Shown here one piece after another: positions 30,595 through 39,183 of a stretch of DNA of 64,000 nt (the stretch's first letter is position 1; the number at the start of each line of letters is the position of its first letter). The notes beneath the pieces were generated by a model, which ran no database searches, had not been told where the DNA came from, and saw only the letters and a program-made list of their open reading frames with translations. This DNA comes from a virus: IMG/VR virus record IMGVR_UViG_3300046167_000883, positions 49,712 to 113,711 of that record. One strand, given 5' to 3'. A program made the position numbers and the translations under genes.

Positions 30595-30825
30595 ATGAAA
30601 ATTACACTAGACCTAACCAAAGAAGAGTGCCAAATCATCCGCGACGCTTTAACTAAGCGGATCTTAATCGAAGACAATTATCAACGCGATTTACTTAGAG
30701 CGACGCAAACATCTTCCGTTTCTAACCTTATGCAATTAAGCGATCGGCAGCGCAATAAAATGTCGAACCTTCAAGATCAATTTTCTTCACTTTTTCTGTT
30801 GACCAAGTGGAATCAATCAGCATAA
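30595..30825 (+). CDS. hypothetical early protein
   Basis: 76-aa ORF, TTGACA 35 nt upstream. Confidence 0.65.
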   Translation: MKITLDLTKEECQIIRDALTKRILIEDNYQRDLLRATQTSSVSNLMQLSDRQRNKMSNLQDQFSSLFLLTKWNQSA

Positions 30826-30853
30826 TAATAAACACAATCAACCAACACCAAAC

Positions 30854-31025
30854 TATGAGAACAGACATCACAATCACACTAGACGAAGCAAAAGACATTC
30901 TTGAAGAATACTTCGCAAAGCAACAAAACCTTGAACCAATGGAGACTTATGTCAGAATCACACTAGAGGGTTACATTGTTGACACTTTGCTTGAAGATGA
31001 GCCTGTCTACACAGCAAATGTATAA
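30854..31025 (+). CDS. hypothetical early protein (start approximate; MRTDITITLDEAK...)
   Basis: 3' part of ORF 30807..31025, downstream of its own TTGACC...CATAAT promoter. Confidence 0.6.
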
Positions 31026-31096
31026 AAAAACCCTTGACAAATTAAAACAATCTGTCATAATAGCAGCTTAATCAAAAATCCAAAAGGAGAAAAGAT

Positions 31097-31339
31097 ATGA
31101 AACTAAACGCAATACAAAAAACACGCCTCGCAATCCGCCGCGCTTTCGCTAAAAACAACATGGCAGAGATTACCTACAACAAAAAGAGCGACGATACTAA
31201 AAGCTCTTACATCATCGACATGAACTTCATCGAAGACTTCGGTGATATGTTCAACACTTACTCTTATGCTACTGGCTTTAAGAATGGCGGCGTTCGTTCG
31301 TTCTATAAGAACAGGATCGAAAAAATAAAACTCGTCTAA
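31097..31339 (+). CDS. small WYL/SH3-like protein
   Basis: EITYNKKSDD...GGVRSFYKNRIEKI; SD AAGGAG; own promoter and downstream hairpin. Confidence 0.55.
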   Translation: MKLNAIQKTRLAIRRAFAKNNMAEITYNKKSDDTKSSYIIDMNFIEDFGDMFNTYSYATGFKNGGVRSFYKNRIEKIKLV

Positions 31340-31369
31340 CTTTCTCGTTGGTTAAACGTGTGTGTGGTT

Positions 31370-31404
31370 GCCGCCTCGTCTTGTGGTTAGGGCGGGGCGG
31401 CTTT
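31370..31404 (+). terminator. terminator-like hairpin
   Basis: GCCGCCTCGTCTTG / TAGGGCGGGGCGGC stem followed by TTT. Confidence 0.65.
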
Positions 31405-31421
31405 AACAAACAAAAAAAAAT

Positions 31422-31787
31422 ATGACAAACAATACAGTCAGAGTCTACCGCAACTTAAACAAAAAATGTCTTTCGGTTCAGTCTTGGGTCGAAGGTAAAG
31501 GTTGGCGCGTCACGGATCACGTTCAAAAGATCTTTCTAGACAACGCGTCTTTCAAAGTCTCGCAAGCGGGGCGCCGTAGAGTCTTAGCAGAACAAAAGAA
31601 AAATGTTCATGCGTTTATCGTTGGCAAAAGAGTTGAGCAGCCAAAGAAAACTCCCGTTGAGTTGGTGAAATACAATCCTTACCATTGCCCCAACTTCTAC
31701 TATGTGGCAAACCCTAACCGTTATCCCGTTAGTGTTAGCTCTGTTGAGATCACGCCCAAAATGATAAAGGCTAGTCTCGTAGGTTAA
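31422..31787 (+). CDS. hypothetical phage protein
   Basis: VYRNLNKKCLSV...FKVSQAGRRRVLAEQKKNVHAFIVG...YNPY. Confidence 0.75.
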   Translation: MTNNTVRVYRNLNKKCLSVQSWVEGKGWRVTDHVQKIFLDNASFKVSQAGRRRVLAEQKKNVHAFIVGKRVEQPKKTPVELVKYNPYHCPNFYYVANPNRYPVSVSSVEITPKMIKASLVG

Positions 31788-31795
31788 TAGGTTCC

Positions 31796-31872
31796 GTAAG
31801 TCTTTGATAACCAAGGACTTGCGTTACCTCGGCCCCCCGCGCCGCGCAAGTCGTTGATATTCAACAACTTAC
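31796..31872. repeat. double-palindrome element, copy 3
   Basis: GTAAGTCTTTGATAACCAAGGACTTGC - spacer - GCAAGTCGTTGATATTCAACAACTTAC. Confidence 0.9.
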
Positions 31873-31987
31873 GAAACTCTTTACGCGGCCTCGGCTCGGC
31901 TTGTCAATACTTTTCTTAAAAAAGTTTTAGAAAAATTTTTCTGAAAATCGCTTGACTTACTGACTCGCTGAATCAATACTCCTTCTT

Positions 31988-32695
31988 ATGGCTAAACTAC
32001 TAAACAACGGAAATGCGAAAACTAGCAAAGGCGAAAAACTCGGTTGGATCACTTACGGTCTACACCTTGCGCCTTTTAACCTAAGCGGAAAAAATGTTTG
32101 CTCTCATGCTTCAAAAGGCTGCGCTGCTGCTTGCCTTAACACGGCAGGACGCGGCGCAATGTCAAACGTTCAAAACGCGCGAATCGCTAAAACTCAAAAA
32201 TTCTTTGCGGATAAAGAAGCCTTTACTTGGCAACTTGCAAAAGAGATTGGCAATGCTGTAAAGCTCGCAACCAGGAAAGGAATGAAGCCTTGCTTTCGTC
32301 TCAACCTTACAAGCGACTTGCCTTGGGAAAACATAAAGGTAGAATCGCACGGGAAAAAGCTTTCGCTTATGGAAATGTTTCCAAATGTTCAATTCTACGA
32401 CTACACGAAAAACTTTAAGCGGATGCTTTCTTTTCTCAAAGGTGAAATGCCGAAAAACTATCACCTTACTTTTTCGCGTAGTGAATGCAACGACGACAAA
32501 GTTTCAATCGTAAAAGAACTTGGCGGCAATATCGCTGCTGTCTTTCGTAACGAGTTGCCAAAGGCTTGGAAAAATGTTCAAGTGATCGACGGAGACGAAA
32601 CTGACTTACGCTTCTTGGATGGGGCAAATAAAATTATTGGATTGGTTGAAAAAGGTCTTGCCAAAAAGGACAAATCGGGGTTTGTTATAGGCTGA
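31988..32695 (+). CDS. GP88-like Cys-rich phage protein
   Basis: NAKTSK...LAP....G.NVC..AS.GC.AACL..AGRG...RLN.TSD..W...QFYDYTK...NYHLTFSRSE...IDGDETDLRFLD. Confidence 0.7.
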   Translation: MAKLLNNGNAKTSKGEKLGWITYGLHLAPFNLSGKNVCSHASKGCAAACLNTAGRGAMSNVQNARIAKTQKFFADKEAFTWQLAKEIGNAVKLATRKGMKPCFRLNLTSDLPWENIKVESHGKKLSLMEMFPNVQFYDYTKNFKRMLSFLKGEMPKNYHLTFSRSECNDDKVSIVKELGGNIAAVFRNELPKAWKNVQVIDGDETDLRFLDGANKIIGLVEKGLAKKDKSGFVIG

Positions 32696-32741
32696 TGCTA
32701 CTGTTCTTTCTTCTTATCTTTCTCACTGTAATAATAACGCG

Positions 32742-32951
32742 ATGACAAAAAATCAAAGATACTATGAAATCAAAAAAATCTGCGAATCTAAAAATCTCAA
32801 AAACGACATTAGGCAACTGCCCTCAACCGAAGCCGACTTGCTCGACGAGTTTTCTCGATTCGATACAACGCTTGAACCAACTGACAATCTACAGGACTCG
32901 GACAAATGGCAAAACAAATTCCTTCAAAACTTAATCTTTGGAACGTCTTAA
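32742..32951 (+). CDS. hypothetical protein
   Basis: 69-aa ORF ending 10 nt before repeat copy 4. Confidence 0.55.
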   Translation: MTKNQRYYEIKKICESKNLKNDIRQLPSTEADLLDEFSRFDTTLEPTDNLQDSDKWQNKFLQNLIFGTS

Positions 32952-32961
32952 AGACGATTCC

Positions 32962-33038
32962 GTAAGTGCTTGATTATCAGGCACTTACGCGATCGCGGCC
33001 CCCCCGCGCCCGTAAGTCCTTGGTAAACAACGACTTAC
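32962..33038. repeat. double-palindrome element, copy 4
   Basis: GTAAGTGCTTGATTATCAGGCACTTAC - spacer - GTAAGTCCTTGGTAAACAACGACTTAC. Confidence 0.9.
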
Positions 33039-33060
33039 AGAACTCTGAATCGCGGCATAC

Positions 33061-33076
33061 GCAAACCCCGTGCCAA
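33061..33076 (-). promoter_or_regulatory. sigma54 consensus -24/-12 site
   Basis: TTGGCACG-GGGT-TTGC on minus strand, exact TGGCACG-N4-TTGC. Confidence 0.55.
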
Positions 33077-33173
33077 TTTGTATCGAAAAAAAATTCACTT
33101 TTTTCGTTTTATAGGGTTGACGAAAGCAAAAATTTTTCCCATACTGTGATCTTAACCTAAAATAATAAATACT

Positions 33174-33971
33174 ATGAATATCAATACCGAACACTCCGCC
33201 AATCAAGAACTTCTTAACCTTCGCGTGTGCGCTGCCGATGAGGTAGACTTCGCAAAGGTTCAAGGCGTTACTACTCCAGAAGCCTCCGATCGTTGGACTC
33301 CCATTGCTCACGATGCGCTCGTAAATCAATTCCGCGCGACAATCGACAACACTGAGCTTGAGATCGTTAACGAGCATCACTCGCTCCACCGCTACGGTCA
33401 ACGCTACTTTGGCTTGTTTCAAGTCAAGGGCGTGGGTCGCAAGCACGGCTCCGATGTTGGCACGGTGATGTGCCTCCGCAACTCACACGACAAGGCTTTC
33501 CGCGCTGGCATCTCTGCTGGTGATGCGCCTTTCGTTTGCTCCAACTTGATCTTCTCAAATGAGATCGTGTTGGGTCGCCGTCACACAACCCACATCATGC
33601 GCGACTTGCCGCAAATAATTTCCCGTGCGATTGGGCAGTTGATGGACTCGTGGACAACTACTGACAACCGCATTGACTCTTACAAGTCAACTGATATCGA
33701 TGACCGCGTGGCTCACGATCTGATCTTGCGCGGCTATCAAGCTGGCGCGTGTGGCAAGACGCAAATCGCCGACATTCTCACGCAGTGGCACAAGCCAGAG
33801 CATGAAAACTTTGAGGGTCGCGATCTGTGGTCGCTTCAAAACGCTTTCACCAACGTGTGGCGTGGTAACACTCTCAACACCGCGAATCGCTCAAGCTCGC
33901 TGTACTCCGTGCTTGACACGTTCGCCTCGTGTGCGAATCCCGTGAAGGCTGAGGTGATTAACGCCTCGTAA
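33174..33971 (+). CDS. DUF932/DUF945-family protein
   Basis: WTPIAH...YFGLF...LRNSHDK......G...FVCSNL...RHT...LWSLQNAFT. Confidence 0.75.
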   Translation: MNINTEHSANQELLNLRVCAADEVDFAKVQGVTTPEASDRWTPIAHDALVNQFRATIDNTELEIVNEHHSLHRYGQRYFGLFQVKGVGRKHGSDVGTVMCLRNSHDKAFRAGISAGDAPFVCSNLIFSNEIVLGRRHTTHIMRDLPQIISRAIGQLMDSWTTTDNRIDSYKSTDIDDRVAHDLILRGYQAGACGKTQIADILTQWHKPEHENFEGRDLWSLQNAFTNVWRGNTLNTANRSSSLYSVLDTFASCANPVKAEVINAS

Positions 33972-33982
33972 ACTACCGCCGT

Positions 33983-34020
33983 GCCTCGCCTCAATCTTGG
34001 GGCGGGGCTTTTTCTTTTTT
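33983..34020 (+). terminator. rho-independent terminator
   Basis: GCCTCGCCTCAA-TC-TTGGGGCGGGGC followed by a T-rich tail. Confidence 0.8.
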
Positions 34021-34031
34021 GCTTGACATTC

Positions 34032-34108
34032 GTAAGTGCTTGGTAATCAACGACTTACGCGGCTGCGGCCCCCCGCGACCTGTAACTCCTTGATATTCAA
34101 CAACTTAC
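34032..34108. repeat. double-palindrome element, copy 5
   Basis: GTAAGTGCTTGGTAATCAACGACTTAC - spacer - GTAACTCCTTGATATTCAACAACTTAC. Confidence 0.9.
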
Positions 34109-34142
34109 ACAACTAGGAGTTCTAAAACTATCTTAAAATTTT

Positions 34143-34233
34143 TTTGGTTTAGTTTACATTTGATTGCTTATTTGGTTTTGTTTACATTTGTCGAGTTATT
34201 TGGTTAGGTATAAATTGTCAAGCTTATTTGGTC
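34143..34233. repeat. 28-bp degenerate tandem repeat, ~3.2 units
   Basis: TTTGGT starts at 34143, 34171, 34199 and 34227; each full unit ends in TTA. Confidence 0.75.
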
Positions 34234-34293
34234 GAAATAAAAAAGGGGAGCGGTTTTTACGCCACCCCCCCTTCGAATGAATGAAACGAAGAA

Positions 34294-35223
34294 TTATTTC
34301 TTTTCGATGACGTTTAGACCTTTGCCTGTGATCTCGCGAGTGCCGTTGATCTTCATAAGACCACGCTTGAGCAGGTAGATCTCTGCATCGCGCTGGATGG
34401 CGGTGCGGCTCATGCCTGTGACAGCGGAGATCATTTGAAGCGAGCAGTTGCCACGTTCCTTGAGGATGTTGAGAATCTCAATCTCTAGGTTGGACAAACC
34501 AAGTGCTTTAATATCTAATACCTTGCACATCTTGCCCCAGTCATCTTTACTGAAGTCCTTGGAATTGTTAGTCTCGCAGTACAGCATGATTTCTTTGCAT
34601 CGTTTAACTGCGGAGCGAGCATTGCCGCGAGTGGTATCTGCAACCTCAAGACGCAGCCCATCTTCAAACTCGATCTCACCACAAACCAAATCAATAATAT
34701 CAGCCATCTCTTGTTGGGTGTATGGCTTGAAGTCCACAACAGTCAGACGATCCTTGAATGGAGCAAACAACTTATCCATCTCAGTAGTGGCAAAGATGAA
34801 ATTCTGCTTGGCGAAATCGAACGCAAAAATTTGTTCGGCATGGTGGTATTCTTTGTAGCTACCTTTTTCGGTATTGAATACTGTAAGGAAGGCATTGACC
34901 AAATCTTTTGGCAGCATGTGTGCTTCATCCATAAGAATGGTGATTTCGTTGTGCATTACGATAGGCAGGAAAATCTGCTCGAAAAACGCGTTGGCGTTCT
35001 TGATGGTAGAACAGTTGATCTCAAGGAATGGGCGTTTGCTTCCGTCCTTATTCTTGAGGTTGGAGGCATACTCCTTGGCAAACTCAGTCTTACCCAATCC
35101 CTTCGCGCCACTCATCATAAGAAAAGGTGCGACACCTGTCTTGTTTTGAGCTTGAGCAAAAAATTCAAGTTGAGACTTAACTTGGTCTTGTCCAATAAGG
35201 TTTTTAAACATGGTAGTATTCAT
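34294..35223 (-). CDS. ruvB: RuvB-like AAA+ ATPase
   Basis: FKNLIGQDQVK, GAKGLGKT, ILMDEAH, FIFATT...L.APFKDRL, RGNAR, C-terminal winged helix with EIYLLKRGLM....TREIT.KG. Confidence 0.75.
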   Translation of the reverse strand: MNTTMFKNLIGQDQVKSQLEFFAQAQNKTGVAPFLMMSGAKGLGKTEFAKEYASNLKNKDGSKRPFLEINCSTIKNANAFFEQIFLPIVMHNEITILMDEAHMLPKDLVNAFLTVFNTEKGSYKEYHHAEQIFAFDFAKQNFIFATTEMDKLFAPFKDRLTVVDFKPYTQQEMADIIDLVCGEIEFEDGLRLEVADTTRGNARSAVKRCKEIMLYCETNNSKDFSKDDWGKMCKVLDIKALGLSNLEIEILNILKERGNCSLQMISAVTGMSRTAIQRDAEIYLLKRGLMKINGTREITGKGLNVIEKK

Positions 35224-35256
35224 AGGTGGGTTATAGTGACAGATTGGTGGTGGATG

Positions 35257-35446
35257 TCAAGAAAAATTTCGATTTAAAATCGTAGTTACATTATCGTATA
35301 CCTCATTAAATAATTCTTGCGCTTCGTCTGTAAAGACCTCAACATCATCAACCACCTCGATTGCCAGCCATTCGCCAATTCTGCGCTCGACTTCATTCTC
35401 TGCGATTTCTGATGCGGCTTCCATTATTTTTTCTGCTGTATTCATT
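35257..35446 (-). CDS. hypothetical acidic protein (MNTAEKIMEAA...)
   Basis: 3' part of ORF 35257..35556; ATG abuts the upstream stop. Confidence 0.6.
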
Positions 35447-35702
35447 ATTGGTGCAAAGTGAATGAGATTTTTTGTTCTTCTTCTGGCTCTGGTTGAGTAG
35501 GAGTAGTTGGCGTAGGTGCTGTACCTTGAATCGCCGCGCCCATCTGTTCCAACCACTTGCGTGATACAGGAATCTGCATAGCCTCACCGCAAAACATTTT
35601 GAGGTCGGCTAGTGTTACATTGGTGAAGGATGTCGAACCCTTCTTACGACCACTACCTGTTTTACGAGGTGTGCCATCTTTGTTTAGTGTTACTTTACTC
35701 AT
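35445..35702 (-). CDS. small basic protein, possibly DNA binding
   Basis: KDGTPRKTGSGRKKGSTSF; own TTGACT-N16-CATTAT promoter. Confidence 0.7.
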   Translation of the reverse strand: MSKVTLNKDGTPRKTGSGRKKGSTSFTNVTLADLKMFCGEAMQIPVSRKWLEQMGAAIQGTAPTPTTPTQPEPEEEQKISFTLHQ

Positions 35703-35765
35703 GATGCCTACATAATGTCATACCATTTTAAAAAGTCAAGCGCGATTTTAATAAATTTAAAAAAA

Positions 35766-35930
35766 TTACTTCTGCTGGAGGAATGGTACAATAGCCTTAT
35801 ATTCTTCCATCAAAGCCGCACCAAATTTTTCGTGTGATTCGGGGTCTTGTTCATCGAACTCTTGGATCGCCCCCATTAATCGAAAGGTTTTTTCTGTTAG
35901 GTTGTCGAGTGGGTTTGTTTCTTGTTCCAT
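35766..35930 (-). CDS. hypothetical micro-protein (54 aa)
   Basis: MEQETNPLDNLTEKTFRLMGAIQEFDEQDPESHEKFGAALMEEYKAIVPFLQQK. Confidence 0.6.
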   Translation of the reverse strand: MEQETNPLDNLTEKTFRLMGAIQEFDEQDPESHEKFGAALMEEYKAIVPFLQQK

Positions 35931-36235
35931 AAGATTTTTTGTTTGGTTGGCGGTGAAGCATATTTGACACTTGGTAAGTTGTCAAGCAATATTTGGCGAT
36001 TTTTTAATTTGGCGACGAATTTAAGTGTAATATAATGTGAAGGTGGTCGCCCACAATAATCAGCTTTTAATAAATTTTTTTAAATTTGTGCTTTAAGGAA
36101 AACCTAGTAGTAGCCTCTGGAGTAATAAAAAATTATTCTGTCAGCTTAACAAGCAGCATATTTGAAACCAAGACAGTTCAACAGCATATTTGCACTAAAC
36201 CGAAATTGGCGACGATTTGGGGTTTTTTTGTTTGT

Positions 36236-36463
36236 TTAGTTTTGATTTAGTTTTTCTCTGCTTAATTCAATTTGTCTGTCCCAAAACTTACCTTGGTAGT
36301 CCTGTACGATTCGCGGCACAAGTAAGAATGTATCCACCAGTATCCCACCGATACACGCTGCAAGCCGCACTATAGCTATAAACAGCCCAAAGAATGGGGT
36401 AATAACAGCCCCCACTATATAACATAAGGTAAGACCAAGGTAGTATCTGTGTATTGTTTTCAT
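36236..36463 (-). CDS. small membrane protein
   Basis: 75 aa with a ~40-residue hydrophobic stretch. Confidence 0.6.
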   Translation of the reverse strand: MKTIHRYYLGLTLCYIVGAVITPFFGLFIAIVRLAACIGGILVDTFLLVPRIVQDYQGKFWDRQIELSREKLNQN

Positions 36464-36515
36464 AAGTTAATCGTATTAAAAATTTCGTTATTTTAGAGAG
36501 CGAAAAGGGGCAATT

Positions 36516-36550
36516 CCCATCCCACTCCATATTCACCCATTTTGTCCCAC
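36516..36550 (-). promoter_or_regulatory. MraZ-operator-like 10-bp periodic direct repeats
   Basis: GTGGG-N5-ATGGG-N5-ATGGA-N5-ATGGG downstream of TTGCCA-N16-TATAGT. Confidence 0.5.
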
Positions 36551-36815
36551 ATTTGTTTTTTATTCTTATACTGTTATGTATATACTCTCTATATATGTTT
36601 ATGTGTGATACTATAGGGGTTTAGCGGGGGATGGCAAGAAAAATCTGAAAGAATTTTTCACCACTAAAACAAGTTGTGTGTAATAGATTTCGACAGGTAA
36701 TTCGCGCCATCAGAGCGTGTTTTTTAAATAAATTTTTTTATAATCTCAAATTCGTTGTTGTTATTGCTTTCTATAGTTCGTAATACATTTGTTACCTGTT
36801 TGGCTTCATTTGTAA

Positions 36816-37403
36816 TTACATATCGTAATTGAACCGTTTGAAGTCCTCTTTCCAGAATGCCTTTACCTTTTCTTTAAGCGTTGGAGTGTAGTATTCCGTA
36901 TAATGCTTGTGTGGCGTTTTGTTTTGGACGGGTAATATAGGGTTAATCAAGATACGATTCTTCCTTAAAAACAAAGAAAAATCCTTCTGTAAATTCTCAA
37001 ACCTCAACACGTCTATCTTTGTATCGACATCCAAGTAATACGATTGACTATGGGAAGCGATTGTTTCCTCCTCCACGCAAAAGTCTATAAATTCCCCAAA
37101 ATCTTTAAAGTCTACAGGAATAAATTCTGCCTTCTGTGAGAACTTATACTGAGACAACATTCTATCATAGGGATTTCTGCATACGGCAAAACAAAATTTT
37201 TTTAAAATTTCATCAGTGAGTACTTTTACTGCATCTGAAAGTTTACAGTGTGATGGCGCAAATATACCCATGTGATCCTTGGAATGCTTCAATGATTGCA
37301 TATACTCGTCTTTGATCGTATTGATCGGAGCGACGTGATTGTATATACTAGTCGAAGCATTTTTGGGAATGCGTATAAATGTGACCAGTCTACCTTCAAA
37401 CAT
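36816..37403 (-). CDS. sulfotransferase (Sulfotransfer_2 type)
   Basis: 5'-PSB FIRIPKNASTSI, 3'-PB RNPYDRMLSQY, RFENLQKDF, EDFKRFNY. Confidence 0.85.
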   Translation of the reverse strand: MFEGRLVTFIRIPKNASTSIYNHVAPINTIKDEYMQSLKHSKDHMGIFAPSHCKLSDAVKVLTDEILKKFCFAVCRNPYDRMLSQYKFSQKAEFIPVDFKDFGEFIDFCVEEETIASHSQSYYLDVDTKIDVLRFENLQKDFSLFLRKNRILINPILPVQNKTPHKHYTEYYTPTLKEKVKAFWKEDFKRFNYDM

Positions 37404-38223
37404 TTTTTGCTAGGATTTCCTCTAAGTCTATCTCAAAGTTGTTGTAGGCGTGTGAAGGGCTAAATTGCTTCATATCGTCGTCGAATATCTCCATAAGGTC
37501 TTGGGCTTCTTCAAAGCTTAATCTGCGCTTCTCCATAGCTTTATGTACCATACGGACGGCTTTAGTCTTATAATAGTCCTCCATTACCCTCCGTTTCTTG
37601 TAACAAAATCCCAAATTTCTTCTGGTACTTCGTCTTTAAATTCATTGATAGCTTCTTTATCAATGCTATATAATTTTGCCAGCACAAATACAAGTGTCTG
37701 CTCGGTGAATGATAATCCAGTTAGTTTCATAATTTTTTAAATTTTTTTTCTGATGGTTTGGTTTGAAAAAAATGTAGCATCTGGCACTTGTCGCATTTGT
37801 ATGAGTATATATAGCCTCCCATATACTGCCCATCGTTTTGATGGTCGAAAATTAACTTACCTCCACATTCACAGTTCATTTTTTTTAAATTTTTTTAAAT
37901 CTTTTGCAAGTAGTTTTTTATCTTCTGCGCTTAATGATTCCACCCATTCATCTGATACATCTTCCAAGGATATCCCTTTACCAAACAAAATTTTCTTTTC
38001 TTTTGTGTGGGGATAGAGCATATTCGTCATACCGAAATATGTATACGCTTTGGATTTAAGTGAAAAGTAACTCATTCGTTTTCAAAATACTCTCTGTTTT
38101 TCTTTGCTATGCGTCTTTTGATTTCGCTTTGGTTATGATCGAACCAAGCGCAAAAGATTCCACAGGAAAGCACGAAGCCTAACACAATAAGCGATGCTAA
38201 TATAATTCCATATTCGTAACTCA
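37396..38223 (-). other. run of about five small hypothetical ORFs
   Basis: tightly packed minus-strand ORFs, e.g. 37396..37584, 37584..37730, 37869..38075. Confidence 0.55.
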
Positions 38224-38227
38224 TAAT

Positions 38228-38737
38228 TTAATATACCCAGATTGGTTTGTTCTTCTTCCAAGTAGCGAAGGGTTTGTCGTACTTGTAGTAAAGGCGGTAC
38301 TTGCCAACTTCGTCAGCAGAATCAAAATTTTCGTGCTGTCTACAGTTCATGTGTTCACTAATTGCAATAGCAAAAGGTGTTTGGCTGCCAGCAGGATTGG
38401 ATGACTTGCCGATATTCTCATAAGCCCAATGTAAAAACTCAGCAGAGAAGTGTGGATTGAAGCCGCGATCCAGACGCTCGACCTCCATGGCAAGCGAATG
38501 AGTCAGAAGCCACTTGAGATTGTCGATCGTAGCCCTAGCCCATATTGAACATGGGTGCTTCTCATAAGAATACTTGCGAGGCGTACCCTTCTTAGTCTTT
38601 GGTGCTTCTGCTAGTACCTCATGGGAAAAACAGTTAGCTACCATTTGCGCTGATTCAAGCACCATCTTGTTTACATGCTGATCGCACAGCCACTTTGCGG
38701 ATTGAATCGGATCTTTATCTATGCAGAATATATTCAT
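38228..38737 (-). CDS. pyrimidine-dimer DNA glycosylase/endonuclease V-like protein
   Basis: MNIF..D.DP...A...CDQHV.KM.LESAQM...HPCSIWAR...YR.YY...K; start set by promoter geometry. Confidence 0.75.
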   Translation of the reverse strand: MNIFCIDKDPIQSAKWLCDQHVNKMVLESAQMVANCFSHEVLAEAPKTKKGTPRKYSYEKHPCSIWARATIDNLKWLLTHSLAMEVERLDRGFNPHFSAEFLHWAYENIGKSSNPAGSQTPFAIAISEHMNCRQHENFDSADEVGKYRLYYKYDKPFATWKKNKPIWVY

Positions 38738-38757
38738 TCTTACTATAATGGTTAATT

Positions 38758-39183
38758 TTAGGGTTGAGTCAAGGCTAATTCTACTTTTAACCAATAGGCT
38801 TCAAGTCTTAGTTGCTTAATATCGTTGCGAGGGATTTCTACCCTACGCCAAGCAGACCCACCACCGTTCCAAATAAAAGCAAGATGTTTTGCGTTCGGCT
38901 TATCTATGCCTTTCATGTAGTGGCTGAAGATTGTATACGCTATAATATAAGCAGTCGAACGATTGTAAACAACTTCATGTGGCAAATCTTCACCAGTGAT
39001 TCTGTTATAGTCCTTGACCATAATTGGTCTGATCTGCAAGCAACCTAACGCATTTTCTTTTTCGTTTATAGCGTACTTGTCTTGATTGGATTCAACCTTT
39101 TCGATCGCGGTAATAACATCGACGATTGATACACCAGCGTTTAAGGATGAGCAAATTAAAATAAAAATTAAAAAAATCTTCAT
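38758..39183 (-). CDS. lysozyme-like/transglycosylase-fold protein with signal peptide
   Basis: hydrophobic N-terminus; AIEKVES...ALGCLQI...D.NR...WNGG. Confidence 0.7.
   Translation of the reverse strand: MKIFLIFILICSSLNAGVSIVDVITAIEKVESNQDKYAINEKENALGCLQIRPIMVKDYNRITGEDLPHEVVYNRSTAYIIAYTIFSHYMKGIDKPNAKHLAFIWNGGGSAWRRVEIPRNDIKQLRLEAYWLKVELALTQP

Noticed and set aside
33457-33475. TTGGCACG inside the DUF932 gene as a third sigma54 site
   Set aside because: No TTGC at the -12 position and it lies in coding sequence
29616-34108. Palindrome elements as a CRISPR array or integron attC sites
   Set aside because: Only two units per locus with a conserved-type GC spacer, kilobase gaps, no cas or integrase gene in the window, and no RYYYAAC/GTTRRRY ends
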